NCBI GenBank assembly: GCA_012026655.1
Contig: JAAILG010000233.1
Location: 62,001-121,273 of the forward strand
DNA: 59,273 nucleotides
Direction: 5' to 3'
From: Hydrolagus affinis
Taxonomy: Eukaryota
Part shown: in pieces, positions 37,454-50,690 of the stretch
How the letters are laid out: every line of letters starts with the position of its first letter
Numbering within the stretch: position 1 is the first letter of the stretch
The notes under the pieces: model-generated
Database searches by the model: none
Seen by the model: the letters and a program-made list of their open reading frames with translations, nothing else
What the model was told of the DNA's origin: nothing
Program-made: the position numbers and the translations under genes

Positions 37454-40400
37454 CCATGATGTCAATGTGGAATGCGAGTCGAGCTAGTCAAACGTGCGTA
37501 ATACATTCCCATCAAATGCAGTTTGTGCAAAAACATAAATGTATCTCTTTGTATTGCTGAAGTGCTTAACCCTTTGTTTGCGTTACCGTAAATAATCAAT
37601 ACAAAGACAGTGTCCGACAATCGCAGAGTTCAAATGACATTTATAACCCACTTGCACATTATCTAAACTGTTTGATTGTGTTCTGCCTTGCAACACCCTC
37701 CCAGCTATCAATTTGTTTACACTCAGCACCTCTATAAACGGAATTACATTCTTCAATTCCACATGTGATGAAAATCACTTCTGACTTGGAGATCACTTAA
37801 CCTATGTAAAAGCCATCAGACCTACAGATGAGAACGTACTCAAACACAGATGAGAAGATGACAATTTAACACAAGACTCCATTTGGTTTGGCCTCATTTT
37901 GAAGTCCACTTTAATTCTCTTTTAAATAACTTTAACCCTATCTGTCCCCAATAGTAACTCTTTGGGTGTGTTATTGTGGACATTCTTGTTCACAAATGCC
38001 CTGTAGCACAATGATAACTGGCATTTCTTTTTAATAATAATTTTTAATAATTTTCATGCAAAATTACCATCTTTGCTCTCTGGTATTCTAGTTAGATAAC
38101 TGTGCCTAAATCTAACGTGTGCCATTTTGTTTAAAATAAAACATTTGGCTGACCAGCAACAGAAGTAGTACCTGGAGAATTTAAAAAGGATTTTACCCAA
38201 ATGCTTTCTACTTACTTACAGCACTCAAGTAATGGATGAAGATTAGCATATGACATGACAGATTACATTAAGTCATGTCATTCTAGTACTTTATGATGGC
38301 AGAATAACATTAGCTTCTTACCACTTGCACACCATGGCATGCAAATCCCAGTCATGTTATTTAAAATTACTAGCTGACATGGCAACCTTGATATGATTAT
38401 TAGTCTTTTTATAGACTTTAGTTCATATCCATCAGATACCATCTTCATGTGAAAAGTTAGTTGAAAAAAAAGCTCTGCTTTGTTTTCTTCAGGTATCATT
38501 GAATGTTTCACAATAAACCTTTGAAGCACAATTGTTTAGCCCAAGCAAGAGGACATTTGACTCATATTTTGAAGAGCATGGATTAAGAAACAACTGTTCA
38601 TTCAAAAGCTAGATTAAACTGTATGGAACACATTTTTCTCTTGTTGACTTTAAGAGCACTCCGCAAAATAAATCAATTTGGTTTTGAGATATTACATTTT
38701 CTGGAAGCAACTTCATATTTCTGTGTAGTTTGTTGTCTAACCCATTAATTGTGGCATTGGTGCTCGGCAGATCAGGGAATCTGATCTTAAATCAATTAAA
38801 ATAAGAAGGCAGCCAAGTCTCCCACTTTATTCAATTTTTTAGTGAATAGTGTTGACAAGACTCGATGGCTATGTGAGGAACATCAATCCATGAATGAATA
38901 AAACACAACAGACTTACAATAACTTCTAGAATATTTAAGTAAAAACAGAAGTACTGTATTAGAAATCCATAACGGGTTAGTTAGCATAGTGCATTAAGAC
39001 TGAGTTTTCCACAATTATAGATGACATTATATTTCAAGACAAAATGGTCTTAAATGTTAAGAGTGTATAGAATTTAAGGCTTTAGTTTGTCCCGCTCAGA
39101 ATTTTGCTTCAATGGTCAAGGGGAGTTTTAAGAAAAGAAAGGTAAAAAACTCAATAATGTATTAAAGTTCAAGATACAGATTCTAAACACAAAGCATTGG
39201 TGGTACAGTTGATGCAAAGTGGCAGATCCAGTACACAGGGAATACATATTCATTATAGCCATTCCCTACCTTTCTACTCCAATCGTCCTTGTGAATGGCT
39301 GTGTACTTCTGCTTCAGTCGTGGTCTTCCTATCATTTTTTTAAAAAAAAACTATGATTAATGTGTTGCTCCTTCTTTTTAGAAAAAGGTGAATCACCCAT
39401 TTAGAGCCTGAATTCACAGTTGCTTATAATTTGTAAATCTCTGCATTAATGAGTATTTTACATTATGATCAGCCTTGTTGCTTGGGATTGTTGTCATCTT
39501 AGTGTAAAATCAATTATAATTTAAGTGTCGTGTCACATTCCTGCCTGTTCTTTCCTGTGCAGCTGCATTTTATATGCTTTGCACCTCATCAATGCAACAA
39601 AAACATGAACTAACTTACTATGGGCACCTGATCGGTTTAATAGCTACCTCAAAACTGGATCTAGATGTATACTATGGCATAGTTGACTCCAGCACAGGTC
39701 ACTTTACATGCTCACAGACTGTGTGCAGACACATAGCTACAGTGCAGAAAGGTAAATGCAAAATATGCTACAAAGCATGCAATGTCATGCCTTAGAGCGA
39801 GCATCAAAACATTGCACAAAGAAGACGCTGCAGGATTAAAGATAATCATAATTGAAAAGAAGGGACTGTGTTCCTTATTTCAAAAAGATCATTCAGAATG
39901 TCTAAATATACGCTACAACAGCAGAGAATGAAATTTGAAACCTGCTGCAATACATTAATTTTGGAGGATGTGTGAAGTGATTCATGAACATTTTGTCAAA
40001 TAGTCCTTCTTAACGGATGATTATTCAACACGAGTGGAAAAGGAAGATCATTTGTTTTTATTTAGATCAAGAGCAAAAGTAACATACAAGGCAAGCTGAA
40101 CTAAACATCTTAAGCTTGAATTATCCAGCACATGGAATTACTCTTGCTTTCTCTTCTTCCTTTGGTGCGCTAAAGTTAATACGCTGGAAATGCACTTTAT
40201 GATATTTGATGTGCTGGCTTAGTATTTTAAGTGCTTACTGTGGTACGTAGCTTCTAATTTTTCTCATATTTTTGACCTTGCCATCGCTGCAACTTTGTCT
40301 TGGTTACCGTGATCTAAGATGATATGAATAAAAAGCTTTTTGCCTGTTTGGACCCGATCCACCTTAAAAGGGAGAATCTAATGGTTTGTGTGGCACTTAT

Positions 40401-41739
40401 TTAGCCATAATTCATCAAGGGTAAAGGGTCATAGAAATGTTTCTTAATATTAATATGACTAAAGAAACCTTTAAACTGCCATTATCATTGAAGCTGTAAA
40501 AAGATCTCACTGTTATAAGTGCTATTTAAATCCAAACCTGCCCAGATTGCCTTTGTGAGCCATTGTTTTTCTCTACTTCTCCCAACGTTGGAAATCTTTG
40601 GTTTCCTTCACAATTTCTCATTGTGCTCTTCCCAAACACTTTCCATTGAGAAAGTTTAACAGCTCCAGTCTGATTTCCAGACTGGGCCGGCATTTAAACT
40701 TAGCCATGCTCCCCGGGATTCGTTTAAACAGTAGCGAGCAAAGGTGCATGAAGGAGGCTTTAGTACACCTAGCTCTGCTTCACAATCAACTGGCTGTGAA
40801 ACTTCACTCATGGTGACTGTGAAGAGCCCACATCAGAGGGCAGAGGCAGAGTTGCAGGAGAGGGCAATACAGAATTTTTTTATGCATTAATTACAGAAAT
40901 AACCATTTGTGTTCCTTGATATTAAACAGTACTTAGTCAACATTAAACTGCTAGAAATGTTGTGAGGACTTAATACTGAAAACGTATGTGACCATGGTTT
41001 GATACTTAAATGGTAACAATGGTAACATATTAGCTGTTGGGGTTTTGGCTCACATGATGGCGGATAATATCAATAAATCATTAGTGAGCCTCGTTCTATT
41101 TTCCTTACTCTGCTTCATATTCCTTAGCTTGTAACTTACCATGTTCCCTTCTTCACTGGTAGACAATAACTGAGAATCTAATACTATTACAATCCATGCC
41201 AACTCTTAAACAATATACTAAAAAAAATGCTATGAAACAACCAAGAATTTAACCTAAATCTAATGGTTGGCAACTGATCTGTTATTGAACTTTATGTCAT
41301 TTCTAAACATCCAAATATCAGAGTAAATATAAGTAAATATTAACAAGCTGTGACAATAATGTTAGGAAACCCTTCTTTTGAATCACCTTAGAAACATCCA
41401 GTAAACCGTACAAGGAAATAAATGCATTTTGCAAAAGATTTATAGAGCCAAAATTATGCTGCCAGAAGCTGATTCCAATTGCTTGTACCTGGAAAAATAT
41501 AAAGATTTTTTTTAGACGCTTTACACCACACGCATGGATTATTCCAGCAACGTTTTATGACCACTTATTTTATGATCCTCATTAGCCCACTGCTGGAATT
41601 AGTTTTCAATAATCACTGAAGTCCATGAGAAAAGCGCAAAGCTGGACTTCTTATTCTTGAGTATTTTAATCGGATGTTGCAAGCTAACTTTATCTAAAAA
41701 TGACAGCACTGCGTATTTCAAGAGTCTCTACACTTGTGT

Positions 41740-41850
41740 AGACACATAGTGGTCCATTTAGGCCATCAAGCCTGATCACTATTTAGTCATCAGCAAGCCT
41801 AATTCTGTTTCCCCTCCTCTTCTCCATATTTCTTAGCATCCTTACTTAGT
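41740..41850 (-). mobile_element. degenerate CR1-type 3' UTR
   Basis: gtggtccatttaggccatcaagcctg...cctcttctccatatttctta, cf. ggccatttagcccctcgagcctg at 52243. Confidence 0.5.
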
Positions 41851-42257
41851 TTCTCCACTGTCGGAGAATAACTGAGAACCTGATACTAATACAATCCATG
41901 CAGCTTTTAAACAATTTTATTGAAGCCATGTTTAAGCTCTGTATCTAATTAATTTTTTTATCAGCATTATTTAATACATCACAGTTGCATAACATATTGT
42001 TACAGGACCATTGCAAAGAGACACACCCACACAAACAGAAATGAAATGATTTATTTCGGTCTTCTTTGACCATGCCTATAAAAGTTAGATATTCCGATTT
42101 TACGCCTTCAAATATCTATAAATCCCATTTGAACACCTAATTTAATTCTCCAATACATTCAGACCTTGCTATACTGCTAAGTTTGGGATGTACCAGTTCA
42201 ATTTCAAGAGTTTAAAACCCATAGAGTTTAAAACCCATAGAACCACCTGTTGTGTCA

Positions 42258-42670
42258 GACTGGCCCAGTTGTAGTACTCCGCTCTCTGAGTCAGAAGGTT
42301 GTGGGTTCAAGCCCCACATCGGGCCATGGAATCACAAGGTGTAAGTTATCACTCCAGTACAGTGCTGGGGGTATGTTGCATTGTTGAAGATGCAATCTGT
42401 TGGACAAGACACTAAACCGAGTTCCCATCTGCCTATTCAGGTGGATGTTAAAGATACCATGGCGCTGGTCAAAAAGAAAAGGGAGTTTATCCCAATGTCT
42501 GGCTTAACATTCACTTTGTAGCTGTTTGTGGGACATTACTGTGCACAACTGGCTAATGTGTTTCACCTACAAAATTCATCAAGCCAATTGATAGTATATT
42601 CTGTGAAGTGCTTTGAAATGTCTTGATGACCTGATTAGGTGCGATATGAAATGCAAGGATTATATATTAT
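42258..42670 (+). mobile_element. near full-length family B Deu-SINE (SacSINE1-like)
   Basis: Head gtagtactccgctctctgagtcagaaggttgtgggttcaagccccac (B box), long Deu domain, tail gtgaagtgctttgaaatgtc...aaatgcaaggatta. Confidence 0.9.
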
Positions 42671-43451
42671 TGGATTTGAGCATTATGCCTTGTGATCCTG
42701 AGACCTACAGTAAATGGAGCCTTTTTGCAGATGGTGTTAGACAGTTCCACTTCCACACATTAGGGGTGAATAATAGTTACATCACATATCACATTTTTTC
42801 ATGTTCAGTACTCGTACAATGAGAGAGATAGCAGTGCAAAAATATTAATCCATTCTCATTAATGGAAACAGAGAGGGTGAGGTAAAATGAAGTGGAAGGC
42901 ACTGAGGAGCTATGCTTTAGAAAGATTATTCTTTTGGAAATATTTGAAAGCAATATATTGTAAGGGGCAAGGTCCACTGGTGCCTCGTTTAGTATTACAA
43001 GTTATCTGATTTTTCTGGTAATGTTAATTGCACATTAGTTAGCTTCCAAAAGAATCACAGAATATCATAACTAGACTCCAGCATATGTGACTCAGCAGAT
43101 GTGGAGCTCAACCACAGAGAGCCATGTATCTGATCGTGACATGCAGAAATAACTTGGTTTACATTGATCTGCATCCTGCAGTGTAAACAGCATTGGTGTT
43201 CCTGTAGCTTCATTAGAACATTGCTAATATTACTACAATATCATTAAATGCGATTAACCATTTCAAAAAATATATTTTTATACCAATGAACGCATTCGCA
43301 AGCTCCTAGGCTATCTGAATGCAGCTGCACATTTGGATGAATCTATTTAGGAGCGTGGAACCTGTGGTTTAGCTAGATTTATGATCTAGATGAAAGGACA
43401 GATATGGTGATCAGTAGTTCATAGCAACTCCCTTTGCACCGTACAATGCTT

Positions 43452-43653
43452 CAGAAATCATAGAATCATAGAATCTTACGGCACAAAAGGAGGCCATTCG
43501 GCCCATCGAGTCTGTGCCGGCTCGTTAAAAAGAGCAATTTGCTCCCACTCCCAGCTCTCTCCCCATAACTGCGCAAACCCGTCCTCCCCAAATAAATGTC
43601 TACCTCTCTTTTAAAAGTTGTTATCGAATCGGCCTCCACCACCTTTTCAGGCA
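43452..43653 (-). mobile_element. relatively young CR1 3' end
   Basis: ORF2 C-terminus LPEKVVEADSITTFKREVDIYL..GLRSYGERAG, UTR gactcgatgggccgaatggcctcc, (TTCTATGA)n tail. Confidence 0.92.
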
Positions 43654-43924
43654 AATGGGGCAAACTTATTGAATTTTTAAAAAATGTTCTTAATTTGTCT
43701 TTTGCTTTGAAGCATCCCTGGTGCAATATGAAAAGCAAAATAGCGGCATGCCAAGGTTGAAGGCTGGAGCACTGATTCTCATGGGTGACAAGAGTTTGTA
43801 GATTTGAGCCCTACTCCACAGTTGCACTTGAGATTACCATCTGAGCAGACTGACCATTTGAGAACTCAAAGGAGGTCTAGGCCATGAATTTCCTGAGCTG
43901 CTTTTAAACAACCCGAGAACACAA

Positions 43925-44258
43925 GCTTCTCCTCGGGCACAGTTCAATGGGATACTGTGACTCTTTGGTAGTTTGTGTAAGTGATTATTCTTCCTGGACA
44001 GGCCTAGATTACAATGGTCAACAGGCTATTCATTGGAGGGAATCACAACCAAACCTGTTCTCTTCACACACATACACACAAGGTTATTAGAAAGTGAAGA
44101 AGGTTTTCCTCTCTTAATGCCTTAGGGCATTAAGGCCAAATGTAACATGTGTACAGATGCTGTGGCTGACATCAATCAGCTCAGCACCTATTGGGAATCA
44201 AATCTCTGGTCTGTTTGGCTTTTTGGTGCATTGAGTGGTGCATTTGCCTGCTAAACCA
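43925..44258 (-). mobile_element. ancient SINE (LF-SINE/AmnSINE2-like, family tentative)
   Basis: Reverse complement gtgctgagctgattgatgtcagcc...tggccttaatgccc...ggttgtgattccc...gaatagcctgttgac...tctaggc...gaagaataatcactt...gaactgtgccc follows the order of a common shark SINE recalled from memory. Confidence 0.55.
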
Positions 44259-44532
44259 GGGAGCGTAGAAGTGTGTACTTGTTACATGTGTACTCGAGCA
44301 TAAAGCTGTGATAGTGCTTTATTTGGAATATTCCTTTAAACAAATCTGTTGCTTTCCAAACAATATTGCTCTCGGAGAGAAGGTTAAGCTTGATGGCATC
44401 ACAAATATGCCCTGCGATATAGAATAAGTAAATAGTGATAATTTACTGAGGAAAGTTATTTGAATAAAACTGTGACAACTCACGTGGTTGCATTTATTTG
44501 CATTCCGATTTGTACTCCGTGCTTTGTACCAC

Positions 44533-44972
44533 AATTACCCCAGACCTTGTCAAACTTCCCTGGCTCCCTGTCACGGAGCGAATCGAATTCAAGATCCTCA
44601 CTCTAGTGTTTAAATCCCTCCATTCCTTGGCATCCCACTAATCTCTCTAACCTCCTCTCTCCTCACAACAGTACTTGTTGCCTCCACTCTACTGGGTCCA
44701 GCCTCCTCCTTGTCCCCTAAATCCCCTGCTCCACCATCGGCAGCCGTGCTTTTTGTCATTATGCTCTGAAACTTTAGAACTCCCCTCCTCAACCCCTTTG
44801 CCTTGCCCCTTCCTCCCCATTTTCAGGTCACACCTGAAGACCTTCCTCTTTGACTGCGCCTATGGTACCATTCCCCCCTGCCCCTGGCTCGGCCTCAGGC
44901 TCTGCCATTGTAAAGCACTCTGACTTGTCGCCTGGCATGGAGGGCACTATGTAAATGCAAGTTGTTGTTGTT
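44533..44972 (+). mobile_element. L2 LINE 3' end
   Basis: ITPDLVKLPWLPVTERIEFKILTLVFKSLHSLA (cf. LHWLPV..RI.FKIL), FRSHLKTFLFD, tail gtaaatgcaagttgttgttg. Confidence 0.92.
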
Positions 44973-45653
44973 ATGGCAGTACAATAATTCACCAGCACTT
45001 TATAATTCTAACTTAACAATTCTAACACTTTATACCCTGAAGTATCTATTAGTTTATTCCGTGATTTTTCTCATAAAATGATACTGTATTTATCAGTATC
45101 CCTGAGATTTTTTAAAAAAAGTTTTATGTTTTTATCATATCAAATATGGTGTATTGCATCTCTTGAAAAGTTACTTTTTTCTGTAACCCCCTTTTCATCA
45201 ATGTAGTGAATGGTTTTCTTTTAAGAAACCTCTAGGACTCATCAACAAATGTTCAATGACAACCTTTAAAAACATTGCCTACCTGTGCTGGTTGAGAAGT
45301 GCAGCTTTTCCTTTTGTGGTAAGCAACTCTAATGAGCTGGAAACAGTTCTGAGTGGTGTGGACACACAAGCTCCCAGGGGCAAAAATGACCATTTATAGT
45401 CAAGACACAATCTTCTTAGAAGGAAATAAATTAATCTCTGCGGGCAGCAAATATGACTACCGCTGGCTAAAGTGAAGAAAAAGAGAAATTATGAAAACAC
45501 TTTTTTTTTGCTCTTGTATTCATTCAATTGTTAAAAGTTGATTGTTTGATTAAAGGAACACATTTGAAACCTCTGGGACTGTGGCTACGTCTGACAAGGT
45601 GTCAAGTTTCCAGCCAACATTACATACCATATTATATATACATATATACATGT

Positions 45654-45944
45654 AAATAATCTTTGCATTGGATATAGCACCTGATCACATCTTCTAGACA
45701 TCTCAAAGCGCTTCACAGAATACACTGTAAAGTGAATTGACTGTATTTTTGTGGGCGAAACGTGGCAACCAATTGCACACAGCAGTGTCCCACAAACAGT
45801 CATGGATTGAAATTACCAATTTATTATTATTATTCTTTTGAGGGTTTATTATCAGGCATGTGGAGCAAGGAAACCTGGCTGGAATTGAACCCAGGTCTCT
45901 TTCTTGTAAGGCGAATGATCTCACCACTGAGCTACAGGGCTCCA
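45654..45944 (-). mobile_element. near full-length family A SINE
   Basis: Reverse complement tggagccctgtagctcagtggtgagatc...gggttcaattcc + Deu core + tail. Confidence 0.93.
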
Positions 45945-46594
45945 ACTTCTTCAAACACAATGTGTAATCCAGTATTTGATTTAAAAGCTGTACATTTACA
46001 TTTTTGGATTTTGCTCATGTGTGAGGCACGTGAGCTGCCCCATTACAAATATTACATTTGTTATATGAATGCAATAAAACCTGTTTACCAGGATGTGCAA
46101 ATGAGGACCTTATTTGTATGAAACAATTCATTTATCTTTTATTTATGGCACAACCTGGACAATATGAACCTGACATGTTCGTGCTAATTAGACTAATTCA
46201 GTGATATACATCAGAGTGGCTAAGTTTATGAGGCAATAAATGAGTTTTATTCACTGAATAAATTACGAGAGGTTAAGGTAGACCAGTTTTGTCAAGTAAA
46301 TATGGCAAAGCTAAAGGATATGTCTGTTGCATGAATCAACTTTCTAAACACTTTCTTTTTTTGTCGGTCTCATTTTCTTTTTTATATGTATTTGCTCTTT
46401 AATTGCAATGTTTGCAGTTCGTGGAATTAATAATCAAGGGAATGGTGAGCAAACAAAGTGCCATCAACAAAACCATTGCCACAGAGGCACCTTTTTGTCA
46501 CGTCACTGGAATCTGCTTATTTCAGAAATCTGCTCATGAGCAGAGTCCTGAAAGAAAATAATTGTTATCGGAGATCATAATAATCCATACATTT

Positions 46595-46698
46595 GGTATA
46601 CTGTACCTTCTTTCACATCAGGAGGACGTCACAGGGTTTACTGTAAACTGGATTGACTGCGTTTTGTGAGCGAACAAAGTAGTCAACCTGTGCACAGA
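46595..46698 (-). mobile_element. SINE/L2 tail fragment
   Basis: tttcacatcaggaggacgtc...tactgtaaactggattgactgcgttttgtgagcgaac. Confidence 0.65.
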
Positions 46699-47767
46699 TG
46701 TACCTGAACATGTTTTGATACTACTGGATCACACTATCGGATGTCAAAACAGTTTACACCAATGATCTTACCAATATTTCCTGCTCCATAAGAATCCGAT
46801 AGAAAGAGGATCTCTTCATTCCCTATTTAATAACTGCTGCTGTGCATCAGGGAACCATGCTAGGTCACTGCAACATAGCAGAGGATGTGCAATGATGGAA
46901 CGCCCAAGATGTGGCTCATTGATTCCTGGAAACCTATCTAACTTTCTTTGCCCATAATACAGGATGTGTGCTATAACCTTTTCACCACACTGTTGTACAG
47001 TATTTGCCCACAGTTATACTCTAAGTGGCATTTAAACTTGTGTAAGGGTATCATAAACTACTTATTCCTGCTGCTCTGGTATTGAACATGGCACTTCTAT
47101 TGCATACTCTGAATGTATCATTAATATATGGAACTTGGTGTGCATATTCCCAAGGTTAATTCTTTTTTGACTCTTATTTCAGGAATCTTGTTCAGAGTTT
47201 ACTGTACTAACACTCGTATAACCTCAAACTGGCAGTGAGACAAAGAGTTTACCAGACTTTGGAGAAAAGGTAATTGAACACAACATTTATGAGGAGATAT
47301 TGTGTGCAGTGCATTTTGTGAGAAGCAATTAAGCACAGAATTTTTAATTAAAATAATGAAAGCGATGAATATAAAACACATGGAAATACTGTTTAGCTTT
47401 TTGCTATCTACATTGACAGTTGGAAAGTCACGACACTTCAGTTTCTAGAAACTACACACCTCAGGGCACAATAACCTTGTCACAGTTGATAAAACAATAG
47501 GTTAAGAAACACAACTTGCATGGTGGACTTGTTAGAAGCTCTTGTTGATAAGCCTGGCCTATTGGCATGGATTTGAAGATTAACCAAATAATTACGTGGA
47601 AGTGGTTTATTGGGGAGATGTGGACAATGAATAATGACTGAATCATGAATCCTTTAAAAAAAATTGTTATTTAAATCAAAATCTCAAGATCTGCAACCAC
47701 TTTTAAAAAGTCAAAAATAGGGACATTGTTTAGATATCTAATGGACTGTACAATTCATCAAGAGTAA

Positions 47768-48270
47768 CAAAGAAATAACTTTATTTTTATAGCACCTTAT
47801 TACCTCAAAATGTATTAACAACAAAATGATATTTGTATAGCGCCTTTCTCGTCAGGACAACATCCTAAGGCGCTGCACAATCAGTGTTTCAGACACGAGC
47901 TGGGAGTCAGGATCCCAGAGGGTGGAAGGCGGGGCAGGGGGAGAAAGAGGGTGATTGAAGGTTTGGGGCTTGAAGGAGGCAAGGCAGGTGGAAGGGTTGA
48001 GGCGGAGGGACTGTAGGATGTAAAGCCAAACCACTTTACAGATAATTACTGTTGAGTACAGAGATTGTATTTTGTAGGCAAATGGTCATTGTGTCAATAA
48101 GGCCCCTAAAACAGACATTTGACAAAATAAATGACCAATTAATCAGCATTGCTGACTAGGATTCTGGCAGAAACTTGCTCTCTTTTGGAATACTGTACTG
48201 TCATGGGATCTGTAACTACCCACCCGATCAGACAGACAGTGAGTCAGTTCAATGTCTCATCCAAAAGAAA
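47768..48270 (-). mobile_element. degenerate family B SINE interrupted by an L2 3' end
   Basis: Tail at 47768-47815; body tgtattttgtaggcaaat...gtcatgggatctgtaac...gttcaatgtctcatccaaaag at 48030-48270. Confidence 0.7.
47817..48030 (-). mobile_element. L2 3' end nested in the SINE
   Basis: Reverse complement C-rich UTR then gcagcgccttaggatgttgtcctgacgagaaaggcgctatacaaatatcattttgttgtt. Confidence 0.82.
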
Positions 48271-50240
48271 TGAGATTGCCTATCGGTTTGCAATTCTAAA
48301 ACAAGTGTGAAAAGGTTTCAGGACTGAAACAAATCTAGAGAAAGACGGAGGTGTCTTTTTTATGGACCATTATATGCTTACACTAAAATAAAAGCAAATT
48401 ATTTCCTTATGAATTTGCATAATTATTTCATCACAATCCTTCTGCTTTCAAAATGTAGTTACATTTTATTATGGTAATTTATGTACTGTTAGTTGTGCTT
48501 CTAAACGCTTCCAAGTACAGCGAGATCGCTGGTTGGTTGATTTTGAATTTATGAAATTGACAAGTAGATAATTGGAAAAGGGATACGGCAGCTTAAGAAA
48601 AAGGAAGATATACAAACAAGAGTGGGTGGTATACTGCAGAACATGTTCTTGTAGCCTATAAAAGGAGTCTTAATAAATGTAGTACTAATGTAGTAGTAAA
48701 TGTTATAATACAGAGCACTCTGAAAAGGATAAACTATAACAAAATTATTCATAAAAGGAAGTAGGAAGAGATGTCATGCTGAGTGGCTACACACAGTTAT
48801 ATGAAGCACTAACAAGGTTATCATTGAAAGCTGAGTGCTGCTACTCACTTATAGCTCTTTTACTTACTCTGTTTATATGCAGGCTGAAAAATTGATGTTT
48901 AAATTGTTGATTTTCCCAAGAGCAATATTCCCTGAGTGTAAACTGAGCCAGTCAGCTTTCCTGATGACTAATCCATGCAAGGCATTCGTCAAGAAAGATC
49001 AACATTCCTTGTGATATAAAATATATAGTTAAGTATGCTGTCAGTCGGGAAGTATCACTTATAAAGTGTGGAAGTTTTGAAAGATTGCTATTCACAATAA
49101 ATGTAACCAAAAATCTATAAAGCCATTAACTGTAAGGCTCCTTAATCAGAAAATCATTGACTGGAGCCAAGCATAACCTGCAGGTAGGTAAAATCAGCTT
49201 GGTTGCTTCGGTTTACTGAATTCCCAATATAATATAAAAGAATTGGATTTTGCGTTAAAAAATCATTTGTTAAATTGAAACAAAGGCCAAGTTAAATTAT
49301 GCTAAAGTATGTTTAAATACAGAGGTATGCGTCCTCTCTTGTTCAAATTATTATTTGGCTATACCAAATCTTTTTTTTGAGTCCGTACATTCACCAACAT
49401 AATGTTCAGCCGCTGTGACTCATTCCCTAAATGGCGGCTCCTAGATTTGTTACTATGGTTAACAGAGGGAGGACATTGAAATTGAAGTTGGAAACCCGCT
49501 CCTGGAAAAGAGAAAGTAAATCCTTGATATTCTGAAGGTGATAATTCAAACGTTTTACAGAGCAACCAAAAGAAGTGTTGACTAAAGTCATGATGATTTG
49601 TGCTCTTACATTAAAATTAGCAGGCTATGATCCGGCAGCTGTGGTCGCAACTTCATAATGGGAGGCAATATAAATTAGTAGCATTAGAGCGTTACTGTAG
49701 AAACACAGCAGCTAAGTACAAAGCATAAGTAGGTGGGGCCCTCGTCTTCCATTCAGACCTTGTAATCCATTCAGGCCCCGAGTCACCTGAACTCACTGAG
49801 TGAACTTCTTATATCCTGGAAGAAGGAGGAGAGAAAAGTGGGGAGAGAAATAAATAGGAAGCACAATGATCTGAGGAGATTATAATTATCTTTCCTAATT
49901 TATCCAAGGGTACTTAGGTAACAAACTTCAAAAGGATTTTCTGATACACTTTGTATTGAAATTAATCTCGCTGCAGAGCACATGAATGAATATCTTAAGC
50001 AGAACCTCAGAAGGGCTGCTTTAATGAAGTATTACTTTTACAGCACTCTCCAAGACCTAGGTCAACCGTATTCCTCCATATTCACGATATTGAGTATCTG
50101 CTGTCAATATGATGTACACACTGCTAAGACCAGTAACTTTACTGACGAGCCATAATGAAATGCCAACACACTAAACCCATTGCTTTTCCTCTTATTGTTA
50201 TCATAAGGAAGGTAAAAGTAATATTACATCAAAGCAACCT

Positions 50241-50690
50241 TGGACTTCTGTAGCTTAGTGGTTAGAGCACTCACCTTGTAAGCGAGAGGACCTGGGTTCA
50301 ATTCCCATATGGGGCAAAACAATGGGCAAGTTTCTTTATTACACACGCCTTGGTTTACCTAGCAGTAAGTGGAAACCCGGTCGTTACTCAATTGGTGGAT
50401 CACTTTTCTGGGTTAATAATTCCTTGAAAAACAAATATGTGTAAATAAATAATAATTATTGACTGAGCTACAGGATTCCAAGGTTGCTTTGAAGTAATAA
50501 TAATTATTTATTTGGTCACTCATTCCATGAATGATTGTGGGACACTGCTGTGCGCAATTGGCAGAAGCGTTTTGCCCACAAAATATACAGTCAATTCGCT
50601 TTACATTATACTTTGCAAAAGCCACTTTGAGACATCTTAAAGATGTGATAAGGCATTATATCAAATGCAAGAATTATTATCATATTACTA
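50241..50690 (+). mobile_element. family A SINE, long variant with internal inverted insertion
   Basis: tRNA head with gggttcaattccc; extra ~60 bp at 50351-50412; inverted insertion 50462-50499; Deu core and tail. Confidence 0.92.

Noticed and set aside
42207-42241. Short tandem duplications here and at 19265-19292 and 8978-8995
   Set aside because: Ordinary slippage duplications
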